In this document: positions 24,219 through 32,810 of the stretch, piece by piece | Layout of the letters: each line of letters starts with the position of its first letter | How positions within the stretch are numbered: the stretch's first letter is position 1 | From: a virus | Taxonomy: Duplodnaviria; Caudoviricetes | DNA: 64,000 nt | Strand: one strand, 5' to 3' | IMG/VR virus record: IMGVR_UViG_3300022744_000027 | Coordinates: 12,806-76,805 of that record | Made by a program: the position numbers and the translations under genes | Notes under the pieces: generated by a model | Databases searched by the model: none | Told to the model about the DNA's origin: nothing | The model's input: only the letters and a program-made list of their open reading frames with translations

Positions 24219-24234
24219 ATTTTGAAGTCACGAC
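24219..24234 (-). promoter_or_regulatory. Late-type promoter GTCGTGAC-tt-CAAAAT (leaderless)
   Basis: Motif 14 nt before ATG 24212. Confidence 0.7.
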
Positions 24235-24245
24235 GCGCGGCCGCG

Positions 24246-24566
24246 TCAGGCGACCGGCACGACCTTGCAGGTCTTCGCGCCGAACTGGACCTCCACGTCC
24301 ACGGCGAACACGCCAGACAGGCGGATCGGCGCGCGCTTGATGGACAGCGACTCGGCGTGCGTGAGCATGTCCACCGACCACTCGTACTCGGGCATTTTTC
24401 GCGCCAGGCGCTTTGCCATCTTCATGGCCATGCCCTCGGTGGGGCGGATGGTGTAGATCATCCGGCGGCCGGGGTCTTGCGCGGGGAAGCCCGGGATTAC
24501 CACGAGGATGGTCGGGTACTTCCGGGGAGGCTTCTTTTCCTTGGGCGGGGCGGCGGTTTCAGCCAT
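24246..24566 (-). CDS. Hypothetical protein
   Basis: MAETAAP start with RBS GGAGG. Confidence 0.6.
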   Translation of the reverse strand: MAETAAPPKEKKPPRKYPTILVVIPGFPAQDPGRRMIYTIRPTEGMAMKMAKRLARKMPEYEWSVDMLTHAESLSIKRAPIRLSGVFAVDVEVQFGAKTCKVVPVA

Positions 24567-24837
24567 GCGACCTCCCGAGGTTGTACCAGTGGGCGGCATT
24601 GGCCGAGACGTGACCGCCGCACCCCAGGCATCGCCACTTTGCGCTGATCCGGGCCGGGTCTTCGCACTCGAAGTCGTGGCGCGGGCACGTATTCAGCATG
24701 GCGTTGTTGGCCTTCACCTCGTCCCAGATTTCCTGCATGGCAGCGCGGCTCAAGCCGACGACCGAGCCCAGGTTGTCAAGGGAATCAGCCACGCAAACAC
24801 TCCCGGAGCGCCCGGTGTGCGCCCTGAACTCGAACAA
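24559..24837 (-). CDS. Small Zn-ribbon-like hypothetical protein
   Basis: CPRH and CLGC pairs; start uncertain. Confidence 0.55.
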   Translation of the reverse strand: MFEFRAHTGRSGSVCVADSLDNLGSVVGLSRAAMQEIWDEVKANNAMLNTCPRHDFECEDPARISAKWRCLGCGGHVSANAAHWYNLGRSHG

Positions 24838-24911
24838 CCAGCGCGAAAGCCACGCCAGCCAAGGCGCGGCGCACGCAGGTCGAATGACTTAGGATCATCG
24901 GGAGGGCCACA

Positions 24912-25523
24912 TCACAGCACCACCCAGTCGATGGCCAGCATGTCAGACTGGCTAGCGAGCCAGCCCATCAGAATCTCGCCCGTTGCGGTCTTCATGGTGA
25001 TGCAGGGCAGCACGGTGGCAAAACCGCCGTTTTCCTCGGCATAGGCGCGGTTGTTTTCGCTCCAGAAAGATGCCGCGGGGATGCTGCGGGCGAGAGTGAA
25101 TGGACCGGAGGACGCGGGTGCAGACAGTGAAAGCCACATGCCCTTGCCATTCCAGCCAGCACGCGCAACGCGGTGGCCCGCCTTCAGGGCGCGGATCGCG
25201 TCGCCGAAGTCGAGCGAGCGAACAGCGCCATCCGCCGTCTCAACCAGCGTGTATCCGGACTCAAACGCGCCAGCTGGCGACCAGGACTGGTAGCCGTCCT
25301 CGTAGACGACGAGGTAGCCGCCAACGAGCAAGTCGGCATCACCCAGAACATCCGGGCAATGCTTAGCAACCCATGACGCCTGCACCTCGTGCGGGGCAAA
25401 CCGCTCGTCCTCGAAGTGCAACTCGAAACCGCGCGGGTTCGGGATCACGGCCTTGATTTTCAGGGCCGACACCCGCTTGTGGGACTGGTAGCGCGGCAGG
25501 GCGCGCAGGAACGCTGCGCTCAT
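24912..25523 (-). CDS. DUF2829/Tad2-family protein with an additional N-terminal domain
   Basis: C-terminal FGDAIRALKAGHRVARAGWNGKGMWL...GWLASQSDMLAIDW; N-terminal GYLVVYEDGYQSWSP...FE.GY. Confidence 0.8.
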   Translation of the reverse strand: MSAAFLRALPRYQSHKRVSALKIKAVIPNPRGFELHFEDERFAPHEVQASWVAKHCPDVLGDADLLVGGYLVVYEDGYQSWSPAGAFESGYTLVETADGAVRSLDFGDAIRALKAGHRVARAGWNGKGMWLSLSAPASSGPFTLARSIPAASFWSENNRAYAEENGGFATVLPCITMKTATGEILMGWLASQSDMLAIDWVVL

Positions 25524-25846
25524 ACGGCACCCCCTGCAGCCAGTCGATCACGCAGGGCGTAGCCCATGAGGGGCCACAACTCAGAGCGGGCGTTGTCGAT
25601 GGCCACCTGCTCACCGATCTCGGCGCGGTCGTTTTCAGGCGACACGCTGACGGACGGGCGGCCTGTGACGGCGTAACCGCTTCGAGTCGTGAGAACGGCC
25701 CAGCGCAGCACCTGGCCGCTCTGGCTGACGTGCTTCACGATCTCGGTGTGCACGATGTTTGCCGCCAGATCGGCTGGTGTGACGCGCGGAGCGGTCGCGC
25801 CAAGCGCCACGACGCGGGCCTCAATGGCCTGGTCGGCCGCGCTCAT
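25520..25846 (-). CDS. Gp49-family (N4 gp49/Sf6 gp66-like) protein
   Basis: APRVTP...G..VTG..SVSPEN..AEIG..A..NA...LWPLMGYAL pattern. Confidence 0.8.
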   Translation of the reverse strand: MSAADQAIEARVVALGATAPRVTPADLAANIVHTEIVKHVSQSGQVLRWAVLTTRSGYAVTGRPSVSVSPENDRAEIGEQVAIDNARSELWPLMGYALRDRLAAGGAV

Positions 25847-26226
25847 TGCACCACCTCGGGAGCCTTCACCATCCCGATGGACTCGCGGGCCTTGAGCACC
25901 TTGTCGGCGTCGGCCAGGCGGTTGATCATGTCCACAGCGGCAGGGTCGCCAGCAGCAGCGGCGGCCTCGACGGACTTGGACGCGCCAACCGTGTCGAACA
26001 CGAACGTGCACTTGTGCTGGGTTCCACCAACGGGGAAGCTGGTGCCGTCCCACACGACGGGCAGGTCTTCGACGTGCTGCTCAACGGATGTGGACACGCC
26101 CATCAGCACCAGAGGCGGCAGGTCGGAGACGAACTCGCCGTCGCCCTTGTGAACGAAAAGCATGTTGCCGCCTGTGGGGCTGGCAACGACGATGGCGGCG
26201 TCTTTTGGAAGGGTGAATTTGAACAC
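25843..26226 (-). CDS. Hypothetical protein
   Basis: GTG start with RBS AGGAG; ATGA overlap. Confidence 0.6.
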   Translation of the reverse strand: MFKFTLPKDAAIVVASPTGGNMLFVHKGDGEFVSDLPPLVLMGVSTSVEQHVEDLPVVWDGTSFPVGGTQHKCTFVFDTVGASKSVEAAAAAGDPAAVDMINRLADADKVLKARESIGMVKAPEVVQ

Positions 26227-26266
26227 GGCGACTCCTGAAAAAATTGATGAGGGTTGATTCTACCCG

Positions 26267-27703
26267 TCAGAACGGCTGGCCGTCGTCCTCGTCGGGCGCG
26301 GGCTCGGTGAGGTCAGCCGGAGCGCGCACCTCGCCATCGCGGGGGAACGGCTCGCCGGTCACGGCGTGCACAGCCTTGCGGCCGGTCAGCATCTCCCAGC
26401 GGCGCACGGCCACGTCCACGAACTTGGGGTCCAGCTCTGAGACGCGGGCGATCAGGCCCATGCGGTCGGCGGCAATCATCGTGGTACCGGAACCCGAGAA
26501 CCAGTCGATCACGACGTCGCCCGGGCGGCTGGACGGCTTCATCAGCTTCTCCCACAGGCCCACGGGTTTGGTGGTGGGGTGCAGCTCGGAGCGCGAAGGC
26601 TTGTCGTGGTAGATGACCGAGCCGGGCACTTCCTCGATGGTCGCCTGGCCGTCCACCACCAGCACGGTGTCGCCGACGGTGATGGCCCAGCGGCCGTCGT
26701 CCAGCTTTCGCACGGGGCCGGACTCGCCGTAATCGACCACGGTGGTGCGCTTGCGGCCGCCGTACCAACGGTGAGCGGCGCCGGGTTTCCACCCGTACAG
26801 GATGGGCTCGTGCTGCCACTGGTAGTCGGAGCGACCGAGCACCAAGGAATTCTTGCGCCAGATCAGGCAGCCGGACAGCTTGAAGCCGGTGGAGCGGAAG
26901 GCGTCGCGGAAGTTCAAGCCCTCGGTGTCGGCGTGGGCAACGTAGATCGGCGCGCCGGGCTTCATGACCGTGAACATGGTCGCGTACCACGAGCCCAGCA
27001 TCCGCCGGAATTCGGCATCGGCCATGTTGTCGTTCTTGATCGACCCAGCCAGCTTGGACTCGTAGGCCACGTTGTAAGGCGGATCGGTGACGCACAGGTC
27101 GGCCATTTCGCCCTGCATGAGCTTGTCGATCAGGCCGGCATCGGAGCAGTCACCGCACAGGATGCGGTGGGGACCGCACACCCAAACGTCGCCCAAACGC
27201 GAGTGCGGCACGTCCGGCGTGGGTGGCACGGCATCGGGGTCGCCGCCACCCTCGGGAGGCTCAGGATCGACCATGCCCTCGAACAGCTTGGCCAGGTCTT
27301 CCTCGGCAAAGCCGGTGTACAGCTCGAGGTCGTAGCCAGCGGCGCGCAGGTCGTCGGTTTCGAGTTTCAGCATGTCAAGGTTCCAGGACGCGCCAGTTTC
27401 CGCGCTCCTGTTGTCCATGATCACGTAGGCTCGCCGGTCGATTTCCGACAGGTGGCTGATGTCGATGCACGGAACCCGCTCAAGCCCCAGCTTCTTTGCC
27501 GCCATCACGCGGCCATGTCCTGCGATGATCGTGCCGTCGGCAACGAGGCAGGGGTTGGTCCAGCCAAACCGCTCGATGCTGCCAGCGATTATTTCGATTT
27601 GAGCCGGACTGTGGTCCTTGGAATTTCGGGCGTATGGCAGCAAAGCCGCCACGGGAAGGAACTGAACCTTCATGTCTTCAGGCTGCTTGATGGGCGCGTT
27701 CAT
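26267..27703 (-). CDS. ParB/Srx-domain plus N6/N4 DNA methyltransferase
   Basis: PYARNSKDH...FGW...GHGR N-terminal domain; DPPY, HPTTKP, FSGSGT (beta order). Confidence 0.93.
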   Translation of the reverse strand: MNAPIKQPEDMKVQFLPVAALLPYARNSKDHSPAQIEIIAGSIERFGWTNPCLVADGTIIAGHGRVMAAKKLGLERVPCIDISHLSEIDRRAYVIMDNRSAETGASWNLDMLKLETDDLRAAGYDLELYTGFAEEDLAKLFEGMVDPEPPEGGGDPDAVPPTPDVPHSRLGDVWVCGPHRILCGDCSDAGLIDKLMQGEMADLCVTDPPYNVAYESKLAGSIKNDNMADAEFRRMLGSWYATMFTVMKPGAPIYVAHADTEGLNFRDAFRSTGFKLSGCLIWRKNSLVLGRSDYQWQHEPILYGWKPGAAHRWYGGRKRTTVVDYGESGPVRKLDDGRWAITVGDTVLVVDGQATIEEVPGSVIYHDKPSRSELHPTTKPVGLWEKLMKPSSRPGDVVIDWFSGSGTTMIAADRMGLIARVSELDPKFVDVAVRRWEMLTGRKAVHAVTGEPFPRDGEVRAPADLTEPAPDEDDGQPF

Positions 27704-28279
27704 TTGCGATCTTTTTCAAAGTATTGACGGTCAGGAGTTGGCGGTAACGCAGGCGGATGGACATGAACCACCCCACCGTCTCCGGCGAAGCGCCCAGCTT
27801 TTCCATTTGCTTGGTCGATGACTCCACGAGCTTGTGGCACGGAGGACAAAGCGGGATGAGGTTCGATTTGTCGTTGGAGCCGCCAGCGCGACGCGGCAGG
27901 ATGTGGTGCGTTTCCAGCCTGCCCGGGACTTGCCGCAGCAGCCACAGAATGGCGTCCGTTTGATAACCTCAGCACTTAAACGCCGCCACGCAGCACCCAC
28001 CAAAGTTGGTGCCTTGACCTCCTTGCGCATCGAGGCCCAGTAGCACTCACGCCCGCAGAAGTTGGCCGACGAGTTGGTCTTGCCGCTCAAACGCCCGAGC
28101 TGGGCCACGAACGACTTGTCGCAGTGCTTGCAAACCCGCTCGACGGTCTTGGACTTGATGACGCAGTCGCGGGAGCAGTACGAGGCGGAGGCGTCCCGCA
28201 CCCCCGAGGCAAACCGCGTGAACAGACCGCTGCACCCACAACACGTGAGCGTCAGCGTGCCACCACCGTGGTGCGCCAT
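27678..28279 (-). pseudogene. Zn-finger HNH endonuclease split by a frameshift near 27923-27927
   Basis: Frame 1 gives CxxC repeats to CGCCGKSR; the -1 frame continues GRLETHHILPRRAGGSNDKSNLIPLCPPCH to TGA at 27678. Confidence 0.75.
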
Positions 28280-28884
28280 CAGAACTCACCGCCGTCGTTG
28301 GTACCGGGAGCAACGGCGGGCGCAGCAGCACCGCGCTCGACCACCACGACGGTCTGGCCGTCACCGGCACGCGCGTCGTGGTTGATGCCATAGGCACGGC
28401 ACTCGCCGACCTGCACCAGCGTCAGGGTCTCGGCGGTGATCTTCGCCAACTTGGCGCGCTCGAAGCCGCCAGCGATGTCGCCCTTGCCTGCCTGCTGCAG
28501 AGCCTCGTAGGCGACCTTACGGGGAGCCGCCCATTCCTTGCGGTGGCGGTCCAGCACCTCGGCGCGGACATCGGCGGCGAACTCCTGCGCCACTTCGCGC
28601 GAGGCCTCAGAGGCGGCGACTTCATCGGAGAGAGGTTTTCCTAATTCGGACATGCGAACCTTAAATTTATTGGCAAGCTCGCCAGCGCGAGCGGAAAGCC
28701 CGGCAGCAGCCCGGGTGGCGACAACCCACTTGCCCTCGGACTTCCACGAGCGAACCAGCTTCGGGTCCACGCCCACAGCGGCCGCAACGGTGTCGACGGT
28801 TGCACCAGGCTGGCCCTCGAACAGCGCGCGGGCTGAGGCGCGGCGGCCGGCCATGTCCTCGACAAGTTTCTTTTTTACGGTCAT
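28279..28884 (-). CDS. Putative terminase small subunit (N-terminal HTH)
   Basis: VDTVAAAVGVDPKLVRSWKSEGKW HTH plus helical oligomerisation region; late-type promoter. Confidence 0.6.
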   Translation of the reverse strand: MTVKKKLVEDMAGRRASARALFEGQPGATVDTVAAAVGVDPKLVRSWKSEGKWVVATRAAAGLSARAGELANKFKVRMSELGKPLSDEVAASEASREVAQEFAADVRAEVLDRHRKEWAAPRKVAYEALQQAGKGDIAGGFERAKLAKITAETLTLVQVGECRAYGINHDARAGDGQTVVVVERGAAAPAVAPGTNDGGEF

Positions 28885-28890
28885 GGGCGA

Positions 28891-28906
28891 ATCCTGCCAT
28901 CACGAC
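28891..28906 (-). promoter_or_regulatory. Late-type promoter GTCGTGAT-gg-CAGGAT (leaderless)
   Basis: Motif variant 14 nt before ATG 28884. Confidence 0.65.
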
Positions 28907-29011
28907 CTGGAGCGCCCGCGTCGCGCCCTTGAGGCGGCCAGAACGGGCGAAACCCACGCCCAGCAAGGCCCGGCGGGCATGGGCTTGGTGACTTGCAATC
29001 ATTTCGACAAG

Positions 29012-29038
29012 AAAAAGGCCCAGCGGTGGGGCTGGGCC
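29012..29038 (-). terminator. Intrinsic terminator
   Basis: GGCCCAGC...GCTGGGCC plus T-tract. Confidence 0.7.
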
Positions 29039-29055
29039 AGTAGGGAGGAACAACG

Positions 29056-29304
29056 TCAGCGAGCAGAGCACCACCATCGCCAAGTGCCCCGACTGCGCCA
29101 CAGCCAGCGGACGCCCCATACGGCAGCGTCCAGCAGCAGGAGCACAACAACCCCACCGGAAATGAGCAACGGGCCCGCCAGCAGCGCGAACAGCCACGGG
29201 CCCCCGATGATGATCAGGTAGGCCAGCAGCGACAGCCACAGCGTGACGGCGTACAGGCAGGCAATCAGGACGTGCACGGACAGAACCCCAGCGGCGACGG
29301 CCAA
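29056..29304 (-). CDS. Small membrane protein
   Basis: Two to three hydrophobic segments; start uncertain. Confidence 0.5.
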   Translation of the reverse strand: MAVAAGVLSVHVLIACLYAVTLWLSLLAYLIIIGGPWLFALLAGPLLISGGVVVLLLLDAAVWGVRWLWRSRGTWRWWCSAR

Positions 29305-29365
29305 TGGTAGGACGGCGGGCAGGTCCGGGCTCAGGGGAAGGCGGGAAAAGCCGTGATGGGCCGGG

Positions 29366-29599
29366 TCAACTCAGGGCCTCGCGCCAGCGGATGGGCCAGA
29401 GCACGGCGTACTCGAACGCCACGACGAGTAGCGAGACGGAAGCCAACAAGGCGGCAGCCCAGAGCGGCAAGCCGGAACGACGCGCCTCGTGAACGACGTA
29501 GTCGATGGATTGTTGGTGGCACAGCATCCGCGCCAAGGAGATGCCCGACACGGAGCAGCCGATAGCGACGTAGGCGAGAAGGAGGTCGGAGGCGGTCAT
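29366..29599 (-). CDS. Small membrane protein
   Basis: Two hydrophobic segments; late-type promoter upstream. Confidence 0.6.
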   Translation of the reverse strand: MTASDLLLAYVAIGCSVSGISLARMLCHQQSIDYVVHEARRSGLPLWAAALLASVSLLVVAFEYAVLWPIRWREALS

Positions 29600-29606
29600 G
29601 GGGCGG

Positions 29607-29622
29607 ATTGTGACGTCACGCC
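29607..29622 (-). promoter_or_regulatory. Late-type promoter GGCGTGAC-gt-CACAAT (near-leaderless)
   Basis: Motif variant 15 nt before ATG 29599. Confidence 0.55.
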
Positions 29623-29629
29623 CAGGTGG

Positions 29630-29833
29630 TCATGGTTCCCGCAGCACCCACAGGGCGGCCTTGCCCAGCGGGCCGGCGCGCAAACTGGCGCACAGGTGCC
29701 AAGCGGCCGCTGCCACGCGGGTACGGCGGGGTGGCGAAAGTCCGTACTCCGACGCGGCAGGCAGCATCATGCGCCGGCCACGACGGCGGCGGAACCACTC
29801 GCGGCCGTCAGGGGCCAGCCACGGGGCAGTCAT
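29630..29833 (-). CDS. Small basic hypothetical protein
   Basis: ATGA overlap with upstream ORF. Confidence 0.45.
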   Translation of the reverse strand: MTAPWLAPDGREWFRRRRGRRMMLPAASEYGLSPPRRTRVAAAAWHLCASLRAGPLGKAALWVLREP

Positions 29834-30027
29834 CGCGGCACCACAGCCCGCTTGGCATTGCGAGCAGCCCGGCGACGGGCGGCGGACTCGATGCGGGCAA
29901 GGTCGTCCGCAACAGGGCGTGGGGCTGGTCGCGGCTGGGTGGGCCGGATGGGGGCGCCGAGAGCGCTCTGTGAGGCCAGCACGCCGAGAGCGGCTGCCAG
30001 TAACAGCGACGCGCGACCGGGTCTCAC
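29830..30027 (-). CDS. Small hypothetical protein with signal-peptide-like N-terminus
   Basis: GTGA overlap chain. Confidence 0.45.
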   Translation of the reverse strand: MRPGRASLLLAAALGVLASQSALGAPIRPTQPRPAPRPVADDLARIESAARRRAARNAKRAVVPR

Positions 30028-30410
30028 AGCCACCCCAAGAGGCCAGCTGCCACCAGCAACGTGACACACAGAAACACCGGAATCAGCGAAGCGACCCCGA
30101 TCATGGAATCCAGATCGGACAGATCGTCAACAGCGGTAGACGGCGCCACGGGACGGGTCAGCAGCCAATACTCGCGACGCGGACGCATGCGGATCACCGG
30201 ACCCACGGGAGCGGACCACGCGACCTCGGGCATGAACAGGTGGCAGGGCACGCGATCACCCACCAAAGCAGGCGCGTCGGGCTCCACGAGGTCGATGGGC
30301 AGGCCGTGCGACGCGGACACGCGGGGCGTGAGGCAGGCGCCGCTGCACTCGCCAACAGGGTAGCCGCAATGCGGCAGTTGGCACGATTGGTCGCGCAGGT
30401 TTTCAGGCAT
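30024..30410 (-). CDS. Hypothetical protein with C-terminal hydrophobic segment
   Basis: TGATG overlap with upstream ORF. Confidence 0.45.
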   Translation of the reverse strand: MPENLRDQSCQLPHCGYPVGECSGACLTPRVSASHGLPIDLVEPDAPALVGDRVPCHLFMPEVAWSAPVGPVIRMRPRREYWLLTRPVAPSTAVDDLSDLDSMIGVASLIPVFLCVTLLVAAGLLGWL

Positions 30411-30706
30411 CAGGAATCTCCAGAGGAAGCAGCCGCAGCAGCGCGGCGGCGCTCCCACAAGCCAAGGATTGTCGCCTCAAGGCGACGTCGGTATTCGGGG
30501 CCAAACTCGGCCTCACGCCGCGCGAGGTGAGCGACGCGGGTGGGCTTGTCGGCCATTCGGAGAATCGAACGGGCCTCGACCTCGCGGTCGCGGGTTTCGG
30601 TTAACCAGCCGGGACACCACGTGCACACGGTCCGGCCGGTTAGCAGCACCACGGTGGGCGCGTCGGCGGCACCAAGCCGTTTGCAGCCATCGCAGCCGTC
30701 GCTCAC
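30410..30706 (-). CDS. Hypothetical phage protein (CxxC pairs)
   Basis: 98-aa ORF in coupled chain. Confidence 0.55.
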   Translation of the reverse strand: MSDGCDGCKRLGAADAPTVVLLTGRTVCTWCPGWLTETRDREVEARSILRMADKPTRVAHLARREAEFGPEYRRRLEATILGLWERRRAAAAASSGDS

Positions 30707-30808
30707 GACTTACCCCGAGGACGAGGAAAGCAGGCGGACGGGGCAATGGTGAGGGGCAGGGCGTAATTCATGGCGTCGCAAAATTGATGCGGGAATTTTA
30801 CCATGAGA

Positions 30809-31372
30809 TCAGGCGGCGGCGTCCTCTTCGGGCCAGAGAATGCCGTGCGGGCAGACCTTGCGCCAGGCGCGTTGCCGGCAGTCGTAAGGCGCGACCGAGA
30901 ACAGCGCGCACAACTTCTCGAAGTCGCGCCAGAGCAAGCCATCGAAGCCGTCGGTCCGCACAAAAAACGGGAGCTGCTCGGGCAGCATGTCGGAGGAGTC
31001 GTCCACGATGGCGTACCGCTCAACGCCAGGATGCCGGGCAAGCCAGTCGGCGATCTCGTCGCCGCGGCAACCACCCAGCGACGGCGTGCGGTCCACCACG
31101 GGCAGGTCCAGCCCAGCGGCCACGGACGCGAAGCCGTGAATGATGCGCCAGGACGACGACAGCACCACGGAAACGCCACCAACCCGGCAAAGCCCACGCA
31201 CCAGGCCAAGCGCGGCATGGTCAACCAAGGCCATGCCCTCGGCCGAGAAGTCGTGAGGAAAGCCACCCAGGCCAATGCAGGTCCGGTGCGAGTTCAACAC
31301 GCCGTCGATGTCGAGGAACAACACGCGGGTCGCGGTGACCGGCACGGAAGCGGGAGCGGTGGAATCACGCAT
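30809..31372 (-). CDS. HAD-superfamily phosphatase-like protein (HAD_SAK-type)
   Basis: VLFLDIDGVLN, VVLSSSWR, RGDEI..WL, YAIVDD. Confidence 0.85.
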   Translation of the reverse strand: MRDSTAPASVPVTATRVLFLDIDGVLNSHRTCIGLGGFPHDFSAEGMALVDHAALGLVRGLCRVGGVSVVLSSSWRIIHGFASVAAGLDLPVVDRTPSLGGCRGDEIADWLARHPGVERYAIVDDSSDMLPEQLPFFVRTDGFDGLLWRDFEKLCALFSVAPYDCRQRAWRKVCPHGILWPEEDAAA

Positions 31373-31446
31373 CAAAAATACCTTTTTGCGCCCTATGTGC
31401 GCCCAGAGAAAACGGCCAACGAACAAAACCCAATGAAATCAACGGG

Positions 31447-31839
31447 TTACGCATGGTTGCGCACTGATTTGGAATCATTCGGCCTAGGATTCTCCCCAGC
31501 AACGGCAATGATTTGCGAGGGTAGCGTGGGCGTCGGGTTGGGGTTGGGCGCGCACCGCACACCAACATCAACCTCGCCGCCTTTGCCCTTCAGCCTAAGA
31601 CCGCAAGAGCATAGCACGTCGGGCGCAGCACCCACGGCCTCAACCCCGCAATTTGAGCACACGTAGCGCCTCGCGTCGGCTCCTGGCGCCATGGCGGACA
31701 GCAGGCGGCCAAAGCAGTGTCGGCACACATGCGGCTCTAGGCGAAACCCCACGTCTGGCGCGGGCGCGCGCGTTTTTTTTGAAATAGGGGACAGATTGGA
31801 ACCGCGCAGTTCCGACGCACGCACATTACTCAAAGTCAT
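31447..31839 (-). CDS. Zn-finger hypothetical protein
   Basis: CRHC, CSNC, CSC motifs. Confidence 0.6.
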   Translation of the reverse strand: MTLSNVRASELRGSNLSPISKKTRAPAPDVGFRLEPHVCRHCFGRLLSAMAPGADARRYVCSNCGVEAVGAAPDVLCSCGLRLKGKGGEVDVGVRCAPNPNPTPTLPSQIIAVAGENPRPNDSKSVRNHA

Positions 31840-32411
31840 AAGCCAACCACTCCTAAACGCCCCAAACCCATCACAACCCGCCGCGTCGAATCCCGCAGCA
31901 GCTCCACCACCAGCTCGTCCATCCCAGCCGTCAGCTCACGCACCAGAACCCGGACCTCGCCACCCACCGCGTACACCAGTCGCCGTTTCGCCAGCACCGG
32001 GTGCAACTTCGGAAACTGCCCCTTGGCATTCTTCCCCTTCACCCACTCGTACTCGCGGTTTTTACACCCCACGCACACATTCCCCCCGATCAACCGCAGG
32101 TCAGTCCGGTGACACCGCGAGCAAATCGACACCCCACGCAGCCGGTGATAGCTCGCATCCCCCACGCCCGAGTGCCCAGCCCCAACCGAGCAAGTCCGGC
32201 ACCGGAACAACCGCTCCGGCACACGCTCCGCCGAATTCGCCTCGGTCCACATCCCCACACACGACGCAACGCGAATGCTCGCGCTCAACCGGTCACACCG
32301 AAACATCGGCTGGCCCGGCATCAGCGCGGACTCGAAGTAATGCACCCCAGCCACACGGACCGAGCCAGGCTCAGGGCAGGAAGCACGGGAAGCGGAAGCG
32401 GCAACAGGCAT
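31836..32411 (-). CDS. Zn-finger hypothetical protein
   Basis: CRTC, CSRC, CVGC motifs; ATGA overlap. Confidence 0.65.
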   Translation of the reverse strand: MPVAASASRASCPEPGSVRVAGVHYFESALMPGQPMFRCDRLSASIRVASCVGMWTEANSAERVPERLFRCRTCSVGAGHSGVGDASYHRLRGVSICSRCHRTDLRLIGGNVCVGCKNREYEWVKGKNAKGQFPKLHPVLAKRRLVYAVGGEVRVLVRELTAGMDELVVELLRDSTRRVVMGLGRLGVVGL

Positions 32412-32519
32412 GGCAACGACCCGGTAATTTTGATGCCCGGAATTATGCCACCCCTACGGTCACGACAGAGCGACAAGCCGTGTATTGGCGGGAAAACAAC
32501 AAAGGAACTCAGGTGGCAG

Positions 32520-32810
32520 CCAGTTCCCCTCCGGTTCCCTTTTTGGTTCCCTCTCTTTTCCCTTTATTTATCAAGACTTAACCAGAATAGTAGTAGTAGA
32601 GGGAACCAAGGGAACCGATATAGATACCCCCATAGAGAGAGTATTTGCATTTTTACAACAAACTGAAATATTTATTGCACTTTGTTGTTCAATCTCTCGT
32701 TCACTTATACAATACCTTTTCCACCCCGGTTCCCGGTGCCTTTGGTTCCCCGACCGGCCTAAACCCTTTACTTATCAACGGAATCATGCAGGAACCAAAA
32801 CAGAAACCAA
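32520..32810. repeat. Cluster of GGTTCCC/GGGAACC heptamers around an AT-rich tract (putative replication origin)
   Basis: Copies at 32522, 32533, 32545, 32728, 32744 (+) and 32601, 32610, 32790 (-). Confidence 0.65.

Noticed and set aside
26267-28279. Methyltransferase plus HNH as a restriction-modification system
   Set aside because: ParB-MTase fusions beside small terminases are common orphan phage genes, and the HNH is frameshifted
32459-32466. Exact GTCGTGAC upstream of gene 32411
   Set aside because: Hexamer at the fixed spacing is TAGGGG (no final T); may be a binding site but not counted as a late promoter
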